Assembly (NCBI GenBank): GCA_938092135.1 | Contig: CALLJL010000019.1 | Span: 27,211-91,210, forward strand | Length of the DNA stretch: 64,000 bases | Reading direction: 5' to 3' | DNA from: an uncultured bacterium | Lineage (GTDB): Bacteria; Acidobacteriota; Aminicenantia; Aminicenantales; CALLJL01 | Shown here: piece by piece, positions 41,574 to 50,437 of the stretch | Position numbering within the stretch: position 1 is the first letter of the stretch | How the letters are laid out: the number at the start of each line of letters is the position of its first letter | Program-made: the position numbers and the translations under genes | Notes under the pieces: model-generated | What the model was told of the DNA's origin: nothing | What the model saw: the letters and a program-made list of their open reading frames with translations, nothing else | The model's database searches: none

Positions 41574-42701
41574 TCAACGAAGAATCTTGAGGAGACAATT
41601 AATAACAGTCTGCATTTGCCTTTGCTGTTTCTCCATTGAATGGAGAAGCTTAAACTGGGTTCTGGCCCGGACAAGATTGTGCTCAGGATATTTTGTTTTA
41701 AAATAAATATCACCTTCAAGGTAATCGGTTAAAAAACGCAGTCCGATAGTAAAAGTGATGAGCGGGCCAGCCATAAAGAGCAATTCTCTTTCGGGCTCGA
41801 CCAGGAGATCAGCAGTTTCAGAAAGATAACCCTCGGCTACGGCCTCAAAGAGATCCATGTCCATAGCCACAGCGTCGAGATCGGTTTCATCTTCAGCCGC
41901 CGCACAGGTCCCTGTTCGAACTAAGTCACCAAAATCATAAAGGGGTGAACCGGGCATGGTCGTATCCAAATCAATGACACATATGCCTTTGCCAGTTTCA
42001 TCATCAAAAAGAACGTTGTTGATTTTAGTGTCATTGTGACTGACCCTTACAGGCAACCTCCCTGAACTTAAGCCATCGGTCACTAGAGAAACAAGGGATT
42101 GCCTGCTTAAAGCAAAGGAAATAGTATCAGCTGCCCTGGCCTTTCTTTCCGGAGAAGCCTGCTCGATGGCCAGTAGAAAACGTTCAAAACGGCGGGGGGT
42201 GTGATGGAAATAGGGAATGGTTTCATGCAATTCCTGAGGCGAAAGATCAGCAATGAGTTTTTGAAAAAAACCAAAGGCTCGGCCAGCCTCAAAGGCCTGC
42301 TCAGGAGTAGTCGCAGTTTCAATGGTGTGACAGCCGTCAACATAATGATAAAGTCGCCAGTATTCTCCCTGGGGGGTCCGGTAATAACTTTGACCACTTT
42401 GGGTTAAAACTGGCCTGATACTTTTTTTTGATGTTTTTTCTCCTTCAAGCTCAATCAATTTCCTGTTAACATGTTGAGCGACCTTTTCCCAGTTGGCCAT
42501 CATCAATTCGGGCTCCTGAAATACGCGGGTATTAATCCGTTGCAGAGTATATTTTTTTATTTTTTCATCAGTTTTAATTTCGACAAGAAAGGTATCGTGG
42601 ATATGGCCTTGGCCAAGAGGGGAAAAACAAATAAGTGAACCCTCAACAATAAAGTTGGCCATAACTAATTCTATTTCCTTTTTCGTCAATTTCTTAACCA
42701 T
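41574..42701 (-). CDS. N-acetylhexosamine 1-kinase-like anomeric sugar kinase (NahK/AmgK, APH phosphotransferase fold)
   Basis: 375 aa. From memory of B. longum NahK, several blocks align closely. [12 protein letters not shown] matches [28 protein letters not shown] matches [34 protein letters not shown] matches [46 protein letters not shown] matches [28 protein letters not shown]. Confidence 0.7.
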   Translation of the reverse strand: [375 protein letters not shown]

Positions 42702-42722
42702 ATTTTTTGTTTTTGTTTTTAT

Positions 42723-43685
42723 TTATTTCTTATTTCTCATTTCCAAATTCAACCTTAAATTTTCAGGGTAATAACCTTGAGCCACGAGATCACCAATTCC
42801 CTTCCTCACTACCGGCAAATCTTCCGCATAGGTTATGCCAAGCCATTTTTCATCAGTGGGTAGGCAAAAAACTTTAACTTTTCTTTGACGGAGTAATTCA
42901 CCAATAAATTCTGGAATGAGAAATTCAGCCTTAGGATCATGGCCATATTTATTAAGGAAATCGAAAAAACCAACTTGCAGCCAATTGAAAATGGAGGGAT
43001 CAAAACCCCAGAAATTCATTGAGACCACTTCCTCACCATCAAGATCAAGCCAGCCTCCGTCTTCGAGACGAGCTCTGGCTCCCCCTTCAGTTTTTTCAAT
43101 ATGCTTCATTTCCTGGATATCGCTTATTTCATCACCTTGAAGTTGACATAGGCCTCGGGAAACAGGACCAAAATCGGAAAGAGTTTGTTTTAAACGATAC
43201 CCAACTAAGGCATATTCCGGCTTTAAATCTTTTTCCCCAGCTTTAGTACTCGACCGCACCAGAAATTCAACCATTACCTCAAAGGCCCTCCGACCATAAA
43301 AATCATCAGCATTGATTACCGCGAAAGGTTCCTGCACCCTGTCTCTGGCCACCAGGAGAGCATGGCCTGTTCCCCAGGGTTTGCTCCGCTGTAAATTCTC
43401 AGGCCAGCCCATAGGTAAAAGCGAATCGAGTTCCTGATAAATATAATCGACCTCAAAAAAACCTTCCCAGAAATGACCGATAATTGCCCTAAAATCAGCT
43501 TCAATTTCGCGGCGAATAACAAAGATTATTTTTTTGAAACCAGCTTGAAAGGCGTCATACAGAGAATAATCAATAATGGTTTCGCCCTTTGGACCAACAT
43601 GACTAAGTTGTTTTATACCACCAAAGCGACTACCAATGCCGGCAGCAAGAACAATTAAGGAAATTTTAGCCTTTTCTTTCACCAT
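42723..43685 (-). CDS. Sugar-1-phosphate nucleotidyltransferase (NTP_transferase fold; UDP-HexNAc pyrophosphorylase candidate)
   Basis: 320 aa. The N-terminal LIVLAAGIGSRFGGIKQL is a G-x-G-x-R nucleotide-binding motif. The gene lies immediately upstream of the NahK-like kinase on the same strand, with a 21-nt gap. Confidence 0.65.
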   Translation of the reverse strand: MVKEKAKISLIVLAAGIGSRFGGIKQLSHVGPKGETIIDYSLYDAFQAGFKKIIFVIRREIEADFRAIIGHFWEGFFEVDYIYQELDSLLPMGWPENLQRSKPWGTGHALLVARDRVQEPFAVINADDFYGRRAFEVMVEFLVRSSTKAGEKDLKPEYALVGYRLKQTLSDFGPVSRGLCQLQGDEISDIQEMKHIEKTEGGARARLEDGGWLDLDGEEVVSMNFWGFDPSIFNWLQVGFFDFLNKYGHDPKAEFLIPEFIGELLRQRKVKVFCLPTDEKWLGITYAEDLPVVRKGIGDLVAQGYYPENLRLNLEMRNKK

Positions 43686-43897
43686 TTTTAAAAATGCCTG
43701 TTAAAAATGCCCTGGCTAAAAATTATTTTTTCCAAATAAGTCTTCCCAAGGCAACAATTGTCGCCTAAAAGGCAAGCGACTCTTTAATCGATTTTTCTTT
43801 ATAACATAGCATGAAAAAAAGAGTCAAAAAATTAAAATTGCTGAAGATAAAGATTTTTGTTATAATTGCCAATCAAAAAATAAAGGGAGGTAAGAAT

Positions 43898-44137
43898 ATG
43901 GGAAAATATTTGGCCATTATCTTGGGTATTGTGGCTATGGCCGCAGGGATTTTTCTGGTTATTTTTGTCTGGTGGCGAGAATTTTATGAACTCGTCTTCG
44001 GCTGTATTCCGCCGCTTTTATTTTTTGGTGGCCTCATTGCGGTTATTGCCGGAATTAGCAGCATCAAGGATGCCATCCGCACCAAGAAGCTTGAGGAGGA
44101 GGCTAAAAAAGAAGCTGAAAAAAAAGAAGCTAACTGA
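43898..44137 (+). CDS. Small two-TM membrane protein with K/E-rich C-terminal tail
   Basis: An RBS AGGGAGG lies 6 nt upstream of the ATG at 43898. Two hydrophobic helices are followed by KKLEEEAKKEAEKKEAN. The listed ORF 43811.. is the same frame with an upstream start that is unlikely to be used. Confidence 0.4.
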   Translation: MGKYLAIILGIVAMAAGIFLVIFVWWREFYELVFGCIPPLLFFGGLIAVIAGISSIKDAIRTKKLEEEAKKEAEKKEAN

Positions 44138-44356
44138 TCAAAATAGAAATATTCTTTTTTTCTAACCACCTCCCTTTAAAATTTAAGATATCATCAGAAA
44201 CCTATTTAAATTTAATCTAATTTTTTTGTTTGAGGTTTGGCTTTTAGAAAAATTTCAAAATAAAGCTTTCTAGTCTTTAAGTTTTTTTCTTTCTTGAAAT
44301 TTACAGTAAAAAGAAAGGATTTTTTTCTATTGACAGGACCTTAGAAATTTAGTAGT

Positions 44357-44379
44357 TTGTAATCAGCTTACAAATTACA
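44357..44379. promoter_or_regulatory. Operator-like cluster of TGTAA half-sites, TTGTAAT-cagc-TTACAA-ATTACA, between a TTGACA -35 (44330-35) and the RBS of the RHH gene
   Basis: TGTAA occurs at 44358-62, and its reverse complement TTACA occurs at 44368-72 and 44375-79. The ATG of the RHH ORF is at 44391, preceded by AGGAGG. Confidence 0.4.
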
Positions 44380-44390
44380 GGAGGCCAGCG

Positions 44391-44753
44391 ATGGATGGCG
44401 AGAAAGAAAAGGACCAGATAGCGGCTAAAATTGATGAATTTGAGTCCCAGGTAGAAAAATTAACAATAAAGCCTACCTCTTCGATTAAAAAAGTTATCGA
44501 TCAGGCTCTGGCCAATCGAAATATAGTCCTGACCATCCGGGTTAACGAAGAAAGCAACAAAAAACTCAACATGCTGGTTGATGCCGGCCTGTTTAAAAGT
44601 CGCTCTGAAAGCGCTGCCTTCTTGATTGAAGAGGGTATTCGTAGCCAAGCTCCGCTATTTAAAAAAATTACAGAACGACTTGAAAAAATCGATCGTATCC
44701 GCGAAGAACTCAAAAATATTGTCACTGAGGAAATGGAAAAGGCCAAAGATTAA
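44391..44753 (+). CDS. Ribbon-helix-helix (Arc/MetJ/CopG-like) putative transcriptional regulator
   Basis: 120 aa. The segment VLTIRVNEESNKKLNMLVDAGLFKSRSESAAFLIEEGI fits the RHH beta-strand plus two-helix pattern, with the typical (S/T)RSE cap. A strong RBS is present. Confidence 0.5.
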   Translation: MDGEKEKDQIAAKIDEFESQVEKLTIKPTSSIKKVIDQALANRNIVLTIRVNEESNKKLNMLVDAGLFKSRSESAAFLIEEGIRSQAPLFKKITERLEKIDRIREELKNIVTEEMEKAKD

Positions 44754-44793
44754 AAAGATTTTCATCGGCCTGGGTTCGGAGAGAAAGTCAACC

Positions 44794-45225
44794 TTGGTTC
44801 GATTAATCAATTTCATTTTTCCCCTTTCTTTAACCCTTCTTACCTTTACTTCAAGAAATATTGAAAAGGCTTTTCTCCAGAACAATGCCTCCATCCTGGC
44901 CGCTATCTGTCAACCTAATTCTATTATCCAGGTTTCCCTCCCCGAGCCTATCGGTTTCTCTGATGTCCTTACTCCCGGCCAAATAAAAGTTTTTTTTGAA
45001 AGAATTTTTGCCCAATTTCCCACCTTTGAATTCTTTATTGAATCTCCCTTTCCTTTGTTTTTATCAAGCGACCGCTGGTTCATTCGAGCCCGTTGGTCTT
45101 TCCTGGAAAAAAAGAGTCTCGAGCAACATGTTCTCAGAATTTATTTCCAGGTTCAAGCAACAGGAAAACTTCAGAAAAGAGGAGGCGAATGGAAAATAAT
45201 CGAGATTCGGGCCGAAAAGATTTAA
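44794..45225 (+). CDS. Hypothetical NTF2-like (DUF4783/SnoaL-like) protein. The start is uncertain: TTG at 44794, or an earlier ATT/ATC codon.
   Basis: This is the same frame as the listed 44626..45225 ORF. The C-terminal half (FERIFAQFPTFEFFIESPF...RWFIRARWSF...GEWKIIEIR) looks like an NTF2-fold cone. It overlaps the kinase start by 37 nt. Confidence 0.3.
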   Translation: MVRLINFIFPLSLTLLTFTSRNIEKAFLQNNASILAAICQPNSIIQVSLPEPIGFSDVLTPGQIKVFFERIFAQFPTFEFFIESPFPLFLSSDRWFIRARWSFLEKKSLEQHVLRIYFQVQATGKLQKRGGEWKIIEIRAEKI

Positions 45226-48200
45226 GGCCGGAATTTTCCATCAAGACGGTCAGACCTCTCTTGTGGCTTTCCCTGGCCTTGGCTTTCATCAGCGGTCTCT
45301 GTTTTTTGGGATCAGCCTTAATTCCCAACGGGCATTTAAAATATCAAACTTCAGCTAGCTTAGAGGCCCTTAAAAAACAGGAACGGTCCATTAAGAATCA
45401 ATTTGAAAGCCTTATTTCCAACCTCAAATATAAGGGTCATTCCCTAGCCACGACTTTGCCCCAGGAAATACCAGAAATTCATCAGGCGCTTTTCTCTCTA
45501 CATCTTAATCCTGAAATCGAGGGGGTAGCTTATTTAATTGAAGACTCAATTATTCTTTGGCGCGGCCAGATGATTCCTGCATCTTTGCTTCCGCCCGCTG
45601 ATAAAATTACTCATGTTATTCGTTATAAGGCCAGCATTTATCTCGTCGCTTCTTTTCCGGTGAGGGAAAAAGAAAAGTTAGTAATCCTACATCTTCTTTC
45701 TTTTCAACCTCCCCTAACCACTTCCCTACTCAGCTCCTATTCTTTTATTAAAGCAAAGGATCTGACTAATGCCCTTATTGAATTTTATAGTGAGGAAGAT
45801 GATGTCTCTGGCTTTGAAAAAATCTTTTTTCGCCATCACGACGAATATATCAGCCAGCCGAGATCGAGAACCGATATATTGACCATCTTTTTCCCCCTCC
45901 GCAATGAGGCTCGAAGAATTGTGGCCACAGTCAATCTTCGTTCAGTTAACCCAGCTTTTAGCCTCAGTGAGCAAAGAAGCCGTTGGCTGCTGGCTGCCTG
46001 GATCAATCTTTTTCTATCTTTTTCTTTTTTCACCTTAATGGGATTATTTGCTTGGAAAAAGTCTAAATATCAATCGACTGGCAATCTCATTATTTTTCTT
46101 TTTGGGCTTATTTCCCTCCGACTGGTTTTTCTACCCCTTAAAACTTATTTTGATATTAAAACCTCCCTGTTTTCGCCCGGAAAAGCGTCTATTCCTGCTC
46201 TTAACCACCTTTTAGCCTCACCCCTTGATATTTTTTTGACCTCGGCATTGATTTTCGCCTGTCTCTTTTTTCTTATTTACAATTGGCGTCATATCTTTCC
46301 TCTCGACACGCCAAGCCCATCTAGGGGAAGTAAAAAAGGCTTGGCTCTTATCCTCGTTATTACCTCGTCCCTTCCTCTTTATCTTTTTTATAAAATCGCG
46401 CTCGCTTTCATCCTTAATAGCAATCTAAACCTAATCAAAATCTCTCCTTTCTCGTCCTCCCTCTTACTTCTTTTAGCCCTTAGCTTCATTTTTCTGACCG
46501 CAATTTTAATAAGCGGAATTTTTTTAATTGTGGCCAGAAAGCTCTGGTTTCACCCTTTTCCCCTCTGGCTTATTTTTATTCCTCTACTTTTGCTTTTTAT
46601 CCTCTTTTATGGTAAAGCCCAATTATCTCTGGTCAAAGGCTTAGTCCTTTCTCTCATTTTCTTTGGAATTTATTTAGGGCTCTTTAAACCCCCTTTTCGC
46701 TTCCGATCAGGTTATCGGCTAACCCTTCTGGCGTTATCCTCAATCTTTTTCTATATAATTCTTGCCTCTGGCACCTCAATAAAAGAAACAATCTTGACAG
46801 AAAGCTATCTCCGGAATTCAATTATTTCCCTTGAAAATTGGGCTCAGTACTTGCTCCAGGAATCACTTCCATCCATTGACAATGAAAAAGAAGCCATTCT
46901 GGATTGCCTGCTCAAGGGAGATCAAAACGATCTGGCCGCTTATCTCTGGAGGAAAACCTCTCTAGCCCGTTGGAACTGGTATTCAAGCCTTGAAATAAGC
47001 CGACCTAACGGCGAGGTATTATCCCGTTATTCCCTGAATCTACCCTTTTTTTTCCGGACTCCTTTTTCCTTTGAGCCGAGTCAGGATTGGTCACTTTTGA
47101 GGGTGAGTCTTCCTTTGCCGGGAAAGGTAGCAGATTTTCTTATTGCCTATCGGGATTTTGAGCATGGAGGAAATAAGGTCGGGCGGCTATCTCTTTATGT
47201 CCTTTTAAACGAAGAAATCCTTCCTTTCCTTTATTCAGCTATTCCTTATTTTGACCTCCTGCGCTTTCCCTCTGTTCCATCTTTAAAGGAGTTTAATTTC
47301 AGCTTGGCTATTTTTAAAACCGATGGAGAAATTATTTTTAATCCGGCCCGGCTAACCACCGGAATACCGGTGGAAATTCTAAAAAGATTGAAGGATCATC
47401 CTGGAAATCCCTTTTGGTCTATCCTGTCTGACCGCCGTAGGAAATTTCGGGTCTTTTATTTTGGCCATGGCGAAAAGATTGTGGCTCTACTCTGGCCTTT
47501 ACCTGGATTCATCTCGGTGGCTGTGGGCTATCTAAAAATCCTGTTGATACTGACAATTTTGATTTATTTACCTTTATTTATTAGCGATATGATCACCGGA
47601 AGGCGCCGTCTGGCCTCCCTTTTCTGGGCTTTTTCAAGCCGTATTTATGCTTCCTTTATAGCCATAATTCTTATTATGCTCATCCCCTTTATTTTTCTTA
47701 TTAATAGCTTTTTCAACCGCCTGGCCACAGAGAGGTTTAGGGAAAAGGCGGAGATTCAGGCTCAGGTTGCCCGAAACATCATCGAAGACTTTCTCGTCCT
47801 GCAGGAGGAGGAAACTCCCTTTGTTCCTGTTCAGGACCTTGTTCATTGGATAAGTACAGCGATTAATAATGATGTCAATATTTATCAAGGCGGGGTTCTT
47901 GTCGCTTCCAGCCGCCAGGAGTTTTTTGACCTGGGCCTTTTGCCTGATTACCTTGAAGGCGAAATTGCCTATCGTCTTAACTATGAACGGCAACCCTATG
48001 TTGTTTGGAGAAAAAAAATCGGCAATTACTCGTTTCAAACTCTGACCCTTCCTTTATATCTAAACAATTCGAATTTCTTTATTACTCTCTTTTTCCCTTT
48101 TGAACGTGAAGAGATAGGCCGAGCTCGGGAGCAGTTACTTGAATTTCTGGCTTTTATCTCTGCCTTTTCTCTAATTCTTATTTCTCTCTTCGCCCGCAGT

Positions 48201-49046
48201 ATAGGCTCCCTTGTTATAAATCCCATCCGAAAGCTCCTTCTGGCCACAAAAGAAGTAAGCTCAGGCAATCTCGATATTCGCATTGACCATCATGGTCACG
48301 ATGAGATGCAAACCCTCATCGATGGTTTTAACCGCATGGTTCAGAGTCTCAAGCAGCACGAAAAAGAACTTGCAGAAATGAGCAAAAAGGCAGCCTGGGC
48401 CGAAATGGCTCGAAAAGTTGCCCATGAGGTCAAAAATCCCTTGACTCCCATAAGACTTTCCGCTGAACACCTTTTGCATGTCTATGAAGAAAGACCTCAA
48501 GAAATCGGGCCAGCTTTAAAGGAAGCGGTCGCCTATATAATTAAAGAAGTAGAAAACCTGCGACGTTTGGCCCAAGACTTTCTGACCTTTTCCCGGGAAG
48601 GCCCCCTCCATAAAACTTACTTTGAGCTTAATCAATTATTGAAAGAAATAACTTCTCCCTACGAAAGAATTCTGGCCGATCGTATCAACTTTGAATTTAA
48701 TTTAGCCTGTCCCTTAACTTTAATGGGTGATCAGGAGAAACTTAAAATCGCTTTCCGCAATCTTATTGTCAATGCTATTGAAGCAATTAAAGGCAAAGGA
48801 ATAATTAAAATTCAAGCTACCCGTGAAGGCTCCTTCTTTAATATTGAAATAATCGATAATGGTGAAGGCATGGATGAAACCACTTTAAGACTTATCTTTG
48901 AACCCCATTTTTCCACCAAAGATCTGGGGACAGGGCTTGGCTTACCGATCTCGAAAAAAATAATTGAAGATCATGGTGGTCAAATAATCATTAGAAGCTC
49001 TCCAGGCCAGGGAACTTGCGTTAAAATTGTCTTACCTGCGGGCTAA
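45189..49046 (+). CDS. Large multi-TM sensor histidine kinase (NtrY-like H-box; a ~1000-aa polytopic sensor region, then HAMP, HisKA and HATPase_c domains), orphan
   Basis: The true start is probably ATG 45189, with AGAGGAGG 4 nt upstream; the listed 45093 is an upstream in-frame Met. At least 12 predicted TM helices fall into two blocks separated by soluble loops. The HAMP region reads KLLLATKEVSSGNLDIRID, the H-box reads MARKVAHEVKNPLTPIRLS, and the N/G1/G2 boxes read NLIVNAIEA...IDNGEGM...GTGLGLPISKKIIEDHGG. Confidence 0.85.
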   Translation: MENNRDSGRKDLRPEFSIKTVRPLLWLSLALAFISGLCFLGSALIPNGHLKYQTSASLEALKKQERSIKNQFESLISNLKYKGHSLATTLPQEIPEIHQALFSLHLNPEIEGVAYLIEDSIILWRGQMIPASLLPPADKITHVIRYKASIYLVASFPVREKEKLVILHLLSFQPPLTTSLLSSYSFIKAKDLTNALIEFYSEEDDVSGFEKIFFRHHDEYISQPRSRTDILTIFFPLRNEARRIVATVNLRSVNPAFSLSEQRSRWLLAAWINLFLSFSFFTLMGLFAWKKSKYQSTGNLIIFLFGLISLRLVFLPLKTYFDIKTSLFSPGKASIPALNHLLASPLDIFLTSALIFACLFFLIYNWRHIFPLDTPSPSRGSKKGLALILVITSSLPLYLFYKIALAFILNSNLNLIKISPFSSSLLLLLALSFIFLTAILISGIFLIVARKLWFHPFPLWLIFIPLLLLFILFYGKAQLSLVKGLVLSLIFFGIYLGLFKPPFRFRSGYRLTLLALSSIFFYIILASGTSIKETILTESYLRNSIISLENWAQYLLQESLPSIDNEKEAILDCLLKGDQNDLAAYLWRKTSLARWNWYSSLEISRPNGEVLSRYSLNLPFFFRTPFSFEPSQDWSLLRVSLPLPGKVADFLIAYRDFEHGGNKVGRLSLYVLLNEEILPFLYSAIPYFDLLRFPSVPSLKEFNFSLAIFKTDGEIIFNPARLTTGIPVEILKRLKDHPGNPFWSILSDRRRKFRVFYFGHGEKIVALLWPLPGFISVAVGYLKILLILTILIYLPLFISDMITGRRRLASLFWAFSSRIYASFIAIILIMLIPFIFLINSFFNRLATERFREKAEIQAQVARNIIEDFLVLQEEETPFVPVQDLVHWISTAINNDVNIYQGGVLVASSRQEFFDLGLLPDYLEGEIAYRLNYERQPYVVWRKKIGNYSFQTLTLPLYLNNSNFFITLFFPFEREEIGRAREQLLEFLAFISAFSLILISLFARSIGSLVINPIRKLLLATKEVSSGNLDIRIDHHGHDEMQTLIDGFNRMVQSLKQHEKELAEMSKKAAWAEMARKVAHEVKNPLTPIRLSAEHLLHVYEERPQEIGPALKEAVAYIIKEVENLRRLAQDFLTFSREGPLHKTYFELNQLLKEITSPYERILADRINFEFNLACPLTLMGDQEKLKIAFRNLIVNAIEAIKGKGIIKIQATREGSFFNIEIIDNGEGMDETTLRLIFEPHFSTKDLGTGLGLPISKKIIEDHGGQIIIRSSPGQGTCVKIVLPAG

Positions 49047-49186
49047 ATCTGTTGAAATAAGAATTCAAAGCCGATTTATTATAAAGAAAAATTTCTTTAA
49101 ATTTTTTTGAATGGGCTAAAAGAGCTCTGGAAAAGCCAAAGAAAATGTTGTAAAAAAGGGAAAAAATATTTTTAGGAAAGAAAACG

Positions 49187-49687
49187 ATGGCCAAAATTCT
49201 GGTAACTTACTTTAGTCTGACTGGTAACACCAAAAAGGTGGCTGAAGCTATTTTTGAAGCTTTACCCGAGGAGAAGCAAATTTTACCCCTTGAGGAAGTT
49301 AAAAATGTCGATGATTATGATCTCCTCTTTATTGGTTTTCCTGTCCACAGCCACTCGGTCCCCTATAAAGTGGAAAGTTTTTTAAAAAAGTTGCCTCCTG
49401 GAAAAAAAGTCGCTTTCTTTTCCACCCATGGTTCCTTGACCGGCAGTGAACTTTCAAGACAGGCTATTGAATACGCAATATCCATCACTTCTCAGGCTAA
49501 AATTGTCGGAACCTTTTCCTGTCGGGGACGCCTCTCCCAAGCCGCTCTTGAAATTTTACGGCGCTCACCAGAGCACGAAGCCTGGGTAGATATGGCGGCT
49601 TCAGCCTTTCATCACCCCGATGAGAATGATCTTGAGGATGCCCGAGCCTTTGCTCGTTGGGTGATGACTCTTTACCCTTTAAAATAG
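49187..49687 (+). CDS. Flavodoxin-family protein
   Basis: 166 aa, MAKILVTYFSLTGNTKKVAEAI is the flavodoxin FMN-binding N-terminal motif. Confidence 0.75.
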   Translation: MAKILVTYFSLTGNTKKVAEAIFEALPEEKQILPLEEVKNVDDYDLLFIGFPVHSHSVPYKVESFLKKLPPGKKVAFFSTHGSLTGSELSRQAIEYAISITSQAKIVGTFSCRGRLSQAALEILRRSPEHEAWVDMAASAFHHPDENDLEDARAFARWVMTLYPLK

Positions 49688-49741
49688 ATAGGAGCGATAA
49701 ATTCAGCTTTAAGAAAAACCAAAGGTTTCATAATTTTTAAT

Positions 49742-49966
49742 TCAGCGACCAAGAAATTTAAAAATTAACCAGAGCAGAAAACTTAGTCCCAAGCTCAATA
49801 AAAGACACGTAGTTAGGGGAAAAATAAAGGTAAAATTTTCTCTTTTAATGATTATGTCGCCGGGAAGATGACCAAGCCATCTTATTTTCCCAGCCAGATT
49901 GAAAATTAAACCCAAAAAAAGGAAGAAGAAGCCGATCAGAAAGAAGAAATAGCTTAAAGGTTTCAT
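49742..49966 (-). CDS. DUF2905-family small membrane protein
   Basis: 74 aa with two TM helices and the HLPGDIIIKRENFTF motif characteristic of DUF2905. Confidence 0.6.
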   Translation of the reverse strand: MKPLSYFFFLIGFFFLFLGLIFNLAGKIRWLGHLPGDIIIKRENFTFIFPLTTCLLLSLGLSFLLWLIFKFLGR

Positions 49967-49990
49967 TCTCCCTTTATTCCTCCTTGAACA

Positions 49991-50425
49991 CTAAGTTTCT
50001 TCTCCTTTTTCTTCCTCTTCCTTCTTTTCTTTAAGCTCAATCAAAACCCCGTTTAAAACTTTGGGATGGACAAAAACGATTTGACTCCCACCAGCTCCGG
50101 GGAGAGGACAATCGGTAAGAAAAGAAAGGCCTTGCTCTTTCAATTCGACCATAGCCTTCTTTAAATCTTTCACTTGAAAACAAAGATGATGGATGCCCTC
50201 CCCTCGATTCGCGAGGAATTTTCTTACGGGACTATCCTCTCCAAAAGGACTGATAAGTTCGATGGCTGGACCTTCTTCGGGGAAAAGATAGGCTACCCTT
50301 ACTCCCCGACTGGGCAGAATTTCAATTTCGCTGAAATTAAAATTAAAGACCTTGGCCCATTTTTTTAGGCTTAATTCGAGTTCTTCCACTGCAATCCCTA
50401 TATGGTCAAATTTTTTTATGGTCAT
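49991..50425 (-). CDS. mce: Methylmalonyl-CoA epimerase (VOC/glyoxalase-fold)
   Basis: 144 aa: FDHIGIAVEELELSLKKW...GEGIHHLCFQVKDL. The VOC metal ligands H, E, H and E are present. Confidence 0.75.
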   Translation of the reverse strand: MTIKKFDHIGIAVEELELSLKKWAKVFNFNFSEIEILPSRGVRVAYLFPEEGPAIELISPFGEDSPVRKFLANRGEGIHHLCFQVKDLKKAMVELKEQGLSFLTDCPLPGAGGSQIVFVHPKVLNGVLIELKEKKEEEEKGEET

Positions 50426-50437
50426 TCGTCTTTCCTT

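Noticed and set aside
45093-45188. Upstream extension of the histidine kinase ORF starting at 45093
   Set aside because: The extension has no RBS, is hydrophilic and Ser/Arg-rich, and overlaps the NTF2-like ORF. The ATG at 45189 has a perfect AGAGGAGG RBS and is followed immediately by the first TM helix.
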